The translations under genes and the position numbers were made by a program. Below are positions 1 through 7,816 of a DNA stretch of 64,000 nt, one piece after another; positions within the stretch are counted from its first letter, which is position 1; each line of letters begins with the position of its first letter. The stretch is from an uncultured Dehalococcoidia bacterium (lineage in GTDB: Bacteria > Chloroflexota > Dehalococcoidia > Lucifugimonadales > UBA3495), in NCBI GenBank assembly GCA_951812535.1, contig CATOSK010000009.1:40436-104435 (forward strand), read 5' to 3'. The notes under the pieces are model-generated. The model was not told where the DNA came from, searched no databases, and was given only the letters and a program-made list of their open reading frames with translations.

Positions 1-2
1 CC

Positions 3-476
3 ACCGAGCCCGAACTGAACGAACGCAAGTCCCGCGCCGAAGACGCCCTGGCCGCCACCCGGGCCGCCGTCGAAGAGGGCATCGTCCCCGGCGGTGGCGT
101 AACCCTGGTTCGCGCCGAATCCGTCGTGGATGGCGTCGTCTCCAGCCTCTCCGGGGATGAAGCCATCGGGGCCCGCATCATTCGCGACTCCCTCGCTGCC
201 CCCATGCTCCTCATTTCCGAGAACGCTGGCTTCCACGGCCAGGTCGTCCTCGAACATGTCCGTGAAAGCGACGGAGCCTGGGGATTCGACGCCGAGCAGG
301 GCGATTACACCGACCTCATCCAGCGCGGGATCATCGACCCCGCCAAGGTGACCCGTTCGGCCCTTCAGAACGCCGGCAGCGTCGCCGGAATGATGCTGAC
401 AACCGAGGCAGTTGTCACGGAAATCCCCAAGTACACACCCCTGCCCGCCGACATCCAGGACTTCATGCACGACTAG
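3..476 (+). CDS. groEL: Chaperonin GroEL, C-terminal part (5' end outside window)
   Basis: Frame +3 is open from the window edge ([33 protein letters not shown]...). It contains [31 protein letters not shown], the conserved GroEL C-terminal equatorial segment. The tail ends [15 protein letters not shown], not a GGM repeat. Confidence 0.93.
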   Translation, partial: TEPELNERKSRAEDALAATRAAVEEGIVPGGGVTLVRAESVVDGVVSSLSGDEAIGARIIRDSLAAPMLLISENAGFHGQVVLEHVRESDGAWGFDAEQGDYTDLIQRGIIDPAKVTRSALQNAGSVAGMMLTTEAVVTEIPKYTPLPADIQDFMHD

Positions 477-528
477 CCCTGCCCCGCCCTGGCCGGTCGC
501 TCAAGAAGGTCTCCAGGAGGGTCAATGA

Positions 529-572
529 GGCCCGTACCCGCGCAGTCAACACGGGTACGGGCCTTAATCGTT
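529..572 (+). terminator. Hairpin downstream of groEL (putative intrinsic terminator)
   Basis: Perfect 11-bp stem ggcccgtaccc/gggtacgggcc (529-539 / 553-563) with a 13-nt loop, followed by ttaatcgtt. The U-tract is weak. Confidence 0.4.
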
Positions 573-612
573 ACCCTGTTCCCGCCATAAGCTTTATCCG
601 CAGGAAGGCCAG

Positions 613-1131
613 TTGTTAAGCCGACAGTCCATCGCCCGGTTGCTCCAGGACTCCAATCCGCTCCTTCGCCGCTTCTCCTCAATGGAGGAGCAGCTCCAAC
701 CCAATGGTTTCGACCTCACCGTCGGGGAAATCTACCGTCTGGCCACGCCCGGCCGAATGGGACAGGATGCCGACGACCGTGCGGTATCCGAATTGGATCT
801 CCTGGAATTTTCCACGGACGGGTGGCTTGATCTTCTCCCCGGCCCCTACCTCGTAACTTTCTCCGAGGAAGTCAACCTGCCGCTGTCGTTGATGGCCCTC
901 TGCTTCCCCCGCTCCAGCCTCATCCGCAGCGGCGTCAGCATCGGGACCGGCGTTGGGGACGCCGGTTACCGGGGACGGTTCCAGGCCCTGCTCGTCGTGC
1001 ACCATCCAGCGGGATACCGCCTGCAACGGGGAGCGCGAGTTGCCCAGTTGGTCTTCTTCCCTCTTGATACCCCCGCTGATCAGGGGTACGCCGGAACCTA
1101 CCTCAACGAAAACCTCCCTACGGAAAGCTGA
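613..1131 (+). CDS. dCTP deaminase / dUTPase-fold family protein (Dcd-like)
   Basis: 172 aa with a TTG start. The MLSRQSI N-terminus, QLQPNGFDLTVGE, GVGDAGYRG and ARVAQLVFF segments fit the trimeric dUTPase-fold Dcd/Dut family. Confidence 0.75.
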   Translation: MLSRQSIARLLQDSNPLLRRFSSMEEQLQPNGFDLTVGEIYRLATPGRMGQDADDRAVSELDLLEFSTDGWLDLLPGPYLVTFSEEVNLPLSLMALCFPRSSLIRSGVSIGTGVGDAGYRGRFQALLVVHHPAGYRLQRGARVAQLVFFPLDTPADQGYAGTYLNENLPTES

Positions 1132-1142
1132 GGCTCCCGGTC

Positions 1143-2342
1143 ATGGCTTCCTCCACCGGCCAACCCGCCCCGCTCGAAACCATCGTTAAGGAACACGCCC
1201 TGGAGTGCGGGTTCGACTTGGTCCAGATAACTTCCGCCGGCGACTTTGACACCGACCGCGACTCAGCCATCCAACGAATCAGCAACGGTGAGATGGACGG
1301 CCTCCCCTGGTTCACTCCCGACCGGGTCCGCCGGGGAGCCTCCCCCGAAACCCTCCTGCCCGGCGCCCGTTCCATCATCTGCCTGGGAGTCAACTACTAC
1401 CGCCGCGATCCGGTTGATGACGAGGCTGAGTCCAACGCCTCTGGCAACACCAGAGGAAAAGTGGCCCGCTACGCCCGTAGCCGGGACTACCACCGCGTCA
1501 TCAAGAAACAGATGCGGGACTTCGTGACCGCCCTCAGTCAGAAGCTGGAACGCTCCGTAGCAGCCCGCTGGTATGTGGACGATGGGCCGATGCTGGATCG
1601 CGCCGCCGCCCGCCGGTCTGGCCTCGGCTGGTTCGGCAAGAACACCAACATCCTCACCCCGGGGTTGGGGTCATGGGTCTTTCTCAGCCAGGTCATCACC
1701 GACTTGAAGCTCGAGCCGGACCGTCCGTTGTCCAAGTCTTGCGGAAGCTGCGTTCGCTGTATCGACGCCTGCCCCACCGGAGCCATCACCGCCCCCTACG
1801 TCATCGACAACGCCCGCTGCATCTCCTACCTCACCATCGAGAACCGCGGCCCGGTCCCTTTGGAGCTTCGCCCGTTGCTGGGAGACTGGGTGTTCGGATG
1901 CGACATTTGCCAGGAAGTCTGCCCGGTAAACCGCAAGGCTCAACCCGCCCGCAACCATGACGAACGGGGCAGGCAGCTCTCCGCGCTGGACCTGGCCGAA
2001 CTGCTGGCTTTGACCCCCGAACAATTCCTGGAGCGGTTCCGCGGAACACCCATCATGCGGGCCAAGCTGGCTGGAATGAAACGCAACGCCTGCGTTGCCC
2101 TGGGAAACCTGCGCGACTATCGGGCCGTACCCGCCCTGGCCCGTGCGTTATTGGAGGAAGAATCCCTGGTCCGCGCCCATGCCGCGTGGGCCTTGGGACG
2201 CCTCGGCGGGGCCCAGGCAACAACTGCCCTCCGCGAGGCTGCGGTAGAGGAGGAGGACCTGCAGGTTTTGGGGGAGATAGAAGCGGCGCTGGCCGGGCTT
2301 GTAGGACCTGACCACCCTCCGGACAAGTCCCTTCCCCCTTGA
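1143..2342 (+). CDS. queG: tRNA epoxyqueuosine(34) reductase QueG
   Basis: 399 aa. It has two ferredoxin-type motifs (CGSCVRCIDACP, CDICQEVCP), an AARRSGLGWFGKNT core and C-terminal HEAT-like repeats (ACVALGNL...AHAAWALGRLG). Confidence 0.9.
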   Translation: MASSTGQPAPLETIVKEHALECGFDLVQITSAGDFDTDRDSAIQRISNGEMDGLPWFTPDRVRRGASPETLLPGARSIICLGVNYYRRDPVDDEAESNASGNTRGKVARYARSRDYHRVIKKQMRDFVTALSQKLERSVAARWYVDDGPMLDRAAARRSGLGWFGKNTNILTPGLGSWVFLSQVITDLKLEPDRPLSKSCGSCVRCIDACPTGAITAPYVIDNARCISYLTIENRGPVPLELRPLLGDWVFGCDICQEVCPVNRKAQPARNHDERGRQLSALDLAELLALTPEQFLERFRGTPIMRAKLAGMKRNACVALGNLRDYRAVPALARALLEEESLVRAHAAWALGRLGGAQATTALREAAVEEEDLQVLGEIEAALAGLVGPDHPPDKSLPP

Positions 2343-2377
2343 TGGGGAAAGAGCCTGCCCCCGAGAAGGCGGGGGTC

Positions 2378-2464
2378 AGGATGGGGGTGATGGCATACCC
2401 TGATAACTTGGACTCGGGCGATTCAAGGGTGAATTAAGATCGTCGCTACTGCACTGACGACTTG
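2378..2464. repeat. Dispersed intergenic repeat family R3, copy 1
   Basis: aggatgggggtgatggcataccc ... cgtcgctactgcactgacgacttgt matches 18356-18416 (aggatgggagtgatggcacacc ... cgtcgctgccgcactgatgacttgt). Copy 1 carries an internal insertion. Confidence 0.75.
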
Positions 2465-2487
2465 TTCAACGGTCCCTGGCCCCTGCG

Positions 2488-3087
2488 CTACTGGGCCGGC
2501 TGACTGCTTTCCCTGACGCCTCCATCGGTTGCGGCCGGGGCGGCATTGCCCCTTGGACCCCCTCTGGGCGCCCCGCCTCTTCCCCGGCGTGAGCGGGTCT
2601 TGGCCTTTTCCGGGGGTGGCTCTGCATCGGGAACGAAGTCAGGCCCGAACTTTAGCTTCTTCATCTCACTCTCAATCAGGAAGAAGTCGTTCTTGGGAAG
2701 CAGGTGCAGGTTGCCCTGGAAAGCCATATACCAGTTTTCCGGCGGCCACCGTCGGATGTAGTCCAGCCGGTGCGCCAGCAGCCCTGCCTGGATGTACTGT
2801 TCCTCGTCCAGGACAACTTCGGGCTTGATGTTGATCCGGTACAGCCAGTCGGCGCTGCCCTCTTTCGTCCAGATTTCGGTGGTCTCCTCCCGGTAAGTCG
2901 AGGTCAGCGTGGCGGTCGCGGCGAACCGCCGGATGCCCGATACGTAGTAAAGCATCCGGTCTCCTGCTTCCACTCTCTGGACCTTTCGCCTGTGCTCGGA
3001 CTTTAGTCCCTGGACCGTGAATTTCAGGTTTCGGGTAATCTGGTAATTCTCTTCGTTGCTGATTACCATCCAGAAGTTTCGGGGCAT
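2488..3087 (-). CDS. EVE/PUA-like domain protein with a C-terminal Arg/Gly-rich tail
   Basis: 199 aa. The N-terminal ~150 aa (NFWMVISNEENYQI, GDRMLYYVSG, WLYRINIKP) resemble EVE-type PUA-like domains. The last ~45 aa (KTRSRRGRGGAPRGGPRGN...) are RGG-like. Confidence 0.6.
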   Translation of the reverse strand: MPRNFWMVISNEENYQITRNLKFTVQGLKSEHRRKVQRVEAGDRMLYYVSGIRRFAATATLTSTYREETTEIWTKEGSADWLYRINIKPEVVLDEEQYIQAGLLAHRLDYIRRWPPENWYMAFQGNLHLLPKNDFFLIESEMKKLKFGPDFVPDAEPPPEKAKTRSRRGRGGAPRGGPRGNAAPAATDGGVRESSQPAQ

Positions 3088-3208
3088 GGGTTACCTCGGT
3101 GGACAGCGGGGGCGGGCCGGTGCCGGCCTCAACCGCAGCCCGGCCCCCCAATTTAAGGCTATTCTACCAACCTCCGTTCCTGAATTAAACTGCCCGCCCT
3201 TCTTCCAA

Positions 3209-3376
3209 GCCGGTTTCCAGCCGGTTCCGCCACCGCTTTTTCCTGCCAATTGCCCAGGGCAGTCGCATTGGAAAGATACCACCATGCAGGTGCCGCAGCT
3301 TGACCCCCACATATACGCCTATTAACTATTGCCTTGGATAAATGCTTCCCTATCCATCCCTCACATTATCCAATGG
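3209..3376 (+). repeat. Dispersed repeat family R4, copy A
   Basis: cagggcagtcgcattggaaagataccaccatgcaggtgccgcag...ccttgg...tccatcc...atccaatggg aligns with the reverse complement of 23481-23615. The core includes 22 identical bases, gaaagataccaccatgcag-tgccgcag. Confidence 0.8.
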
Positions 3377-3538
3377 GCGGCTATATCGCGAAGGTCGATG
3401 GGGCTTCGGGAACCCAGATGTCATTGCCCTGACAATTGCCCCCTTTCCCATTCCGTCCTCTGTGACGTATCATTGTTCATAAGGATAGTCAGTAATCAGG
3501 GTAGTCAGTAACCCGGTCCGCGCCGCGGGGAAACCCTC

Positions 3539-3572
3539 GGAAATGCGACACAATGCGACACAATGCACCACA
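3539..3572 (+). repeat. 10-bp phased short-repeat array (GAAATG-initiated), copy 1
   Basis: ggaaatgcgaca caatgcgaca caatgcacca: three units at exactly 10-bp spacing. Related arrays occur at 33965-33998 and 40437-40520. Confidence 0.8.
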
Positions 3573-3700
3573 TTTTTCCCCCTGGCCCATCCTTATCCCC
3601 AGGCTCCTGCCCTTCCACCCCGGACGGATAGCCCCGCCGTTGTCCATCCCGCCCCTTTGTTGTAACATCCCAGGAGCCAAATCCTGAGCACAACTAGCGG

Positions 3701-3823
3701 GCAGAGCCGCCGAGCGCTCTTAGACAAGTTACTCACTCCGGGCGCGGGGGCGGCGACCCTCAGGCAGAGCCGCCGAGCGCTCTTGGACAAGTTACCTACC
3801 CCGGGCGCGGGGGCGGCGACCCT
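3701..3823 (+). repeat. Tandem duplication (2 x 63 bp) of GC-rich repeat family R1
   Basis: gcagagccgccgagcgctctt(a/g)gacaagttac(t/c)...ccgggcgcgggggcggcgaccct occurs twice head-to-tail (3701 and 3764). Each unit can fold gccgcc..gcgc / gcgc..ggcggc. It ends 15 bp before the thiolase start. Confidence 0.9.
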
Positions 3824-3838
3824 TAAAAGGATAACTCA

Positions 3839-5008
3839 ATGACTTCCAGCAGCAACCGGGAACGGGATATCGCCATCGTCGGGGTGGCCGAGTCCGACGA
3901 GATGGGCACCGTGCCCAACAAGTCCTCCCTCCAGCACCATGCCGAAGCCGCATGGAACGCCCTGGACGACGCCGGACTCGCCAAGAGCGACATCAACGGG
4001 CTTCTCACCGCCGGTTTCTCCACCCTGGCCACCGCCGAATACCTCGGCATCCAACCCGGCTTCACCGACAACACCTCCGTCGGCGGCTCTTCTTTCGTCA
4101 TCCACATCGCCCACGCCGCCGCCGCCATCCGCGCCGGCTACTGCGATACCGTGCTCATCACCCACGGGCAGGCCGGCCGGTCCACCCGCGCCCGAATCCC
4201 TGCCGACCCCAACCTTCCCGTCGCCCAGTACGAGGCCCCCTACGGCTTGGTTGGGCAGCCCATCAACTACTCTATGGCCTGCACCCGCTACATGCACGAG
4301 TACGGCGAGGACCACACCCGCCAGGGCATGGCCGAAATAGCCGTCTCGACCCGCAAGTGGGCCAACCTCAACCCCAAGGCGGTAATGCACGACACCCCAA
4401 TGTCCTTCGATGACTACCACGACTCCCGCTGGGTGTCCTGGCCCTTCCACCTCGTTGACTGCTGCCTCGTCACCGACTCCGGTGCTGCCATCATCGTCAC
4501 CACAGCGGAGAAAGCCGCGTCCTGCCGCAAGCAGCCGGTGTGGGTATTGGGTGCCGCCGAAGCCCACGACCACAACCTCATCAGCACCATGCCCAATTAC
4601 ACGTCGTTGATCGCCCGCGAGTCCGGCCCCAAAGCCCTGGCCCGCGCCGGGATCACCCACGGCGACATCGACCTCACCATGATCTACGACTCCTTCACCT
4701 ACACCGTCATGCTCACCCTGGAAGGGCTCGGTTTCTGCGGCCCCGGCGAAGCTCCGGACTTCGTGGCCGGGCAGCGCACCGCCCCGGGCGGAGACTTCCC
4801 CCTCAACACCAGCGGCGGCGGACTGTCCTACACCCACCCCGGAATGTACGGCAGCTTTCTCCTCGTCGAAGCCGCCCGCCAGCTTCGGGGCGAAGCCGGC
4901 GACCGGCAGGTCACCCGAAAAAGCGGAGGCAATCCCCAGGTGTCCATCGTCAACGGCACTGGCGGCTCCCTTTCCTCCACCGGCACGGTGGTCCTGGCCA
5001 CTGGTTAA
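3839..5008 (+). CDS. Thiolase-fold protein (SCP-x/Ltp-like acetyl-CoA acetyltransferase family)
   Basis: 389 aa. It shows DIAIVGVAES, an AIRAGYCDTVLI helix, and C-terminal NTSGGGLSYTHPGMYG and NGTGG motifs typical of SCP2-type thiolases. The usual nucleophile position appears to read GGSS (by-eye alignment only). Confidence 0.8.
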   Translation: MTSSSNRERDIAIVGVAESDEMGTVPNKSSLQHHAEAAWNALDDAGLAKSDINGLLTAGFSTLATAEYLGIQPGFTDNTSVGGSSFVIHIAHAAAAIRAGYCDTVLITHGQAGRSTRARIPADPNLPVAQYEAPYGLVGQPINYSMACTRYMHEYGEDHTRQGMAEIAVSTRKWANLNPKAVMHDTPMSFDDYHDSRWVSWPFHLVDCCLVTDSGAAIIVTTAEKAASCRKQPVWVLGAAEAHDHNLISTMPNYTSLIARESGPKALARAGITHGDIDLTMIYDSFTYTVMLTLEGLGFCGPGEAPDFVAGQRTAPGGDFPLNTSGGGLSYTHPGMYGSFLLVEAARQLRGEAGDRQVTRKSGGNPQVSIVNGTGGSLSSTGTVVLATG

Positions 5009-5056
5009 CATCCTGGCAATCATCCAATCCTTTACTGCCACCCGCAAGATCTCCCT

Positions 5057-6145
5057 ATGGATATAGCCATCATCGGTCTGCCCCAGAGCGGCAAGACCTC
5101 CGTGTTCAACGCCTTGACCGGGGGCGCCGCCGAATCCTCCAGCGCGGGCGGCGGTTCCGAAGTCCACATCGGAGTAGTCAAGGTCCCCGACCCCCGCCTC
5201 GATGTCCTCGCCGGAATGTACAACCCCCGCAAGGTCGTCCCGGCGGAAATAAAATACTGGGACATACCTGGAGCCTCTGCCGAAGGTCAGGGGAGCGGTA
5301 TCACCGGCCGCCATCGCAACGTCTTGCAGGCTGCCGACGCCTTCCTGCTGGTGGTTCGGGCCTTCGACCACCCCGCCGTTCCCCACCCTTCCGGCACAGT
5401 CGATCCCGGCCGTGATCTCGCTTCCACGCTGGAAGAACTCTCCTTTGCCGACATCGAGGTCCTGGACCGGTCCGCTCAAAGGTTGCAGGACGGCTTCAAC
5501 AAGGCCAAGCCGGATGAGCGCCCCCGGGTTACCCGCCATCTTGAAGCGGTCAACAAGGTCAAGGCGGGATTGGAGTCAGGTGTTCCGTTGCGCCGCCAGG
5601 AACTCACCGAGTCCGAGAACACGTTCATCGTTGCTTATCAGCTTCTCACCGGAAAACCCGTCGTCGTCACCTTCAACATCGGCGAGTCCGGCGATGACGT
5701 GTTTTTGTCTGAACTGCATTTGCCGTCCGAGGCCAGTCATGGCCTCGGAGAAGTCTCCCTGTCCGCCAAGCTCGAGGCGGAACTTGCCTTGATGCCCGAC
5801 GAAGAGGCCGAGGAGTTCCGGCAGGACCTGGGCCTGGGGGAATCTGCCCTCGCCCAGGTAATCCGGGTCAGTTACGCCACCGTGGGCTTGGTGTCCTTCC
5901 TCACTGTCGGGGAAGACGAGGTCAGAGCGTGGAGTGTGCGAAACGGAATGGCCGCTCAGGAAGCGGCCGGGACCATCCACACCGACTTCACCCGCGGGTT
6001 CATCCGTGCCGAAGTCATCCCATACAGCGACCTAGCCCGCTGCGGCAGCATGGCCCAGGGGCGCAGGGAAGGCGTGCTTCGCTCCGAGGGCAAGACCTAC
6101 CCCGTCCGCGACGGTGACGTCATCCACTTCCTCATCAACGTCTGA
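5057..6145 (+). CDS. ychF: Ribosome-binding ATPase YchF (Obg-like GTPase family)
   Basis: 362 aa. It has the P-loop GLPQSGKTSVFNALT and the C-terminal TGS-like segment WSVRNGMAAQEAAGTIHTDFTRGFIRAEV...REGVLRSEGKTYPVRDGDVIHF. Confidence 0.9.
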   Translation: MDIAIIGLPQSGKTSVFNALTGGAAESSSAGGGSEVHIGVVKVPDPRLDVLAGMYNPRKVVPAEIKYWDIPGASAEGQGSGITGRHRNVLQAADAFLLVVRAFDHPAVPHPSGTVDPGRDLASTLEELSFADIEVLDRSAQRLQDGFNKAKPDERPRVTRHLEAVNKVKAGLESGVPLRRQELTESENTFIVAYQLLTGKPVVVTFNIGESGDDVFLSELHLPSEASHGLGEVSLSAKLEAELALMPDEEAEEFRQDLGLGESALAQVIRVSYATVGLVSFLTVGEDEVRAWSVRNGMAAQEAAGTIHTDFTRGFIRAEVIPYSDLARCGSMAQGRREGVLRSEGKTYPVRDGDVIHFLINV

Positions 6146-6170
6146 CCCCCAAAACGGTAACCCAGCCTCC

Positions 6171-6677
6171 ATGTCCGCAAACCACCCGGAAGTAACCATA
6201 CGTTCTTTCCGGCCCGCCGACGCTGCAGCTGCCCGCCGGATTTTCGCCCGCGGCCAACTGGACTTCGCCGAAGGAACCCCCTTGGAAAGCGAGGCCCGGC
6301 AGTATATAAGCCGGTCCCTCGCCGCCGACCTCTCTGACATCCCGGCCAACTACATGAAACCGCCGGGAAGCCACTTTTGGGTCGCGGAACGCCGCGGGGA
6401 GCTAGTTGGCACCGTCGGCGTCCAAAGGGTCAACGCCGAAGAAGCGGAGCTGCGAAGAATGAGCGTCGCCAGCGATTCTCGCCGCCAGGGGATAGGCCGT
6501 CGGTTACTCCAAACAGTCGAGGATTTCTGCCGTGGGAATGGTTACTCCCGGGTGGCCCTCTCGACCGTCATCCACCTTGAGTCGGCGGTCCGCATGTACC
6601 TCGCTTGCGGATACCGGCCGGTCCGCCAGGAGCCCTACGGGTCCATGACCGAGCAGTTCTTCGTCAAGCAGCTCTGA
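6171..6677 (+). CDS. GNAT family N-acetyltransferase
   Basis: The acetyl-CoA motif RRQGIGRRLL lies within ELRRMSVASDSRRQGIGRRLLQTVEDFCRGNGYSRVAL. The start was moved to ATG 6171, because the ORF-track start 6114 overlaps ychF. Confidence 0.8.
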   Translation: MSANHPEVTIRSFRPADAAAARRIFARGQLDFAEGTPLESEARQYISRSLAADLSDIPANYMKPPGSHFWVAERRGELVGTVGVQRVNAEEAELRRMSVASDSRRQGIGRRLLQTVEDFCRGNGYSRVALSTVIHLESAVRMYLACGYRPVRQEPYGSMTEQFFVKQL

Positions 6678-6707
6678 GGGGGAAACGCTACGGTAGAGGG
6701 GGAATCG

Positions 6708-7064
6708 CTACGGGATCGGCTTGGCGAAACTCAACCCATGCCCGTCCGGATCGGAGATGTGAAAATACCGCTCCCGCCACGGCGCATCCTCAGGAACACC
6801 GTCGGGTTGCAGCCCGGCATCCACCAACTTTTGATACATGGCGTCCACATCGTCCACGTAAAGAATCAGCCTCCCCCACCAATTAACCCCGTGCTCCTCT
6901 TCCAAGATCAGGTTGACATATCCGCCGCCCACTCGAAAGCTGGTAAAGGCCGCATCTCCGCCCCCATACAGCATCTCCAGACCCACCTTCCCGGCGTAAA
7001 ACTCCACCGCCGCCGCCATATCCCTCACGGCCAAGGTAACCGCGCTAATGCTCTGAACGGTCAT
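6708..7064 (-). CDS. VOC (glyoxalase/bleomycin-resistance/dioxygenase) family protein
   Basis: 118 aa single-VOC module. Family-typical segments are AVTLAVRDMAAAVEFY and ...RERYFHISDPDGHGLSF. Confidence 0.8.
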   Translation of the reverse strand: MTVQSISAVTLAVRDMAAAVEFYAGKVGLEMLYGGGDAAFTSFRVGGGYVNLILEEEHGVNWWGRLILYVDDVDAMYQKLVDAGLQPDGVPEDAPWRERYFHISDPDGHGLSFAKPIP

Positions 7065-7139
7065 AAGCGGCTCCTTTGATGACGGAGCGGCGGTACCAAG
7101 GATGCCAACGCAGGAAGGATCACGGCGTTGACGCGCTCG

Positions 7140-7811
7140 TCAGACATAGCCTTCACGACGCATTTGCTGTACTACCATGCCGGTAACTCCAGCGTATTCG
7201 GCAGGTTCCCGCATAAGCATGTCCACCAGCGGCTGACGGTCTGGAACGGGAAGGGCCAACAAGTCCGCTACAAATCCCCTCGCCCAGTCAAGACGATAAA
7301 ACCTGACGTCCAAGCCGTTCAAACTCAGGTCGTCAATAGTAAGCAAAGCTCTGCGACGGTCACTACCGGCAAGGCCGTCCTTGGGAATTAGTTCTCCAGT
7401 CAACATGTCATAGTCAAAATACCGCTCCGGTCGTTCCATCACCTCAGGAGCGCAGGGGTTAACGTAACCAACATCCGGCCACGAATCCTTCTTGTTTCCA
7501 TCATTGCATCTTTGGCAACTGAATATCCAGTTCGACCATTCGTAAGCCAACTCCGGGAAACGGTTGAGCGGCCGGAAATGGTCCACTGTGGGTCGCTGTT
7601 CGCCCACCTCAGCACTGGCGTAGCATCGCCGCTCACAATACCAGCAGATCTCTCCAGTCCTGCTTCCCAATAATGAGCGGAATTCTCGCCAGTACGAATC
7701 GTTCGGCCTCCCGCCTGTCCCGGTCTGGAAGTGGTTAATCCAACCCTGCGTAAACTGCCGCGCGTATCCCGCTACCCCGGATGGCTCCGGCCCCCGGTCA
7801 ACCCAGCGCAA
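7140..7811 (-). CDS. HNH nuclease-like protein, TIGR02646/PtuB-type (Septu-like component B)
   Basis: 223 aa. The TTG start lies 5 nt after the stop of the upstream ATPase gene. CWYCERRC...VDHFRP...NWIFSCQRCNDGNKKD is a Cys-flanked HNH (beta-beta-alpha-metal) arrangement. Confidence 0.65.
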   Translation of the reverse strand: MRWVDRGPEPSGVAGYARQFTQGWINHFQTGTGGRPNDSYWREFRSLLGSRTGEICWYCERRCYASAEVGEQRPTVDHFRPLNRFPELAYEWSNWIFSCQRCNDGNKKDSWPDVGYVNPCAPEVMERPERYFDYDMLTGELIPKDGLAGSDRRRALLTIDDLSLNGLDVRFYRLDWARGFVADLLALPVPDRQPLVDMLMREPAEYAGVTGMVVQQMRREGYV

Positions 7812-7816
7812 TCCGG

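Noticed and set aside
3701-3823. Possible CRISPR array or minisatellite.
   Set aside because: There are only two directly abutting 63-bp units with no spacers. The units belong to a dispersed repeat family, and no cas genes are in the window.
3088-3838. A housekeeping ncRNA (tmRNA, RNase P RNA, SRP RNA, 6S RNA) hidden in the long intergenic regions.
   Set aside because: I could not find the hallmark sequences by eye: a tRNA-like GGGG...CCACCA end for tmRNA, GAGGAAAGUCCGGGC for RNase P, or the GGAAG/AGCA tetraloop helix of SRP RNA. A covariance-model scan is needed to be sure.
3836-5539. A 567-aa ORF on the minus strand. Similar long antisense ORFs occur at 14692-16032, 21599-22477, 23763-24629, 24392-25264, 25720-27036, 27830-28702, 34064-34852 and 56997-57689.
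   Set aside because: They lie antisense to genes with strong family signatures (thiolase/ychF, PEPCK-like, E1-like, nusA, infB, truB, trpS, rny). Their translations are Gly/Ala/Val/Arg/Pro-rich low-complexity sequence with no motifs. These are typical shadow ORFs of high-G+C DNA.
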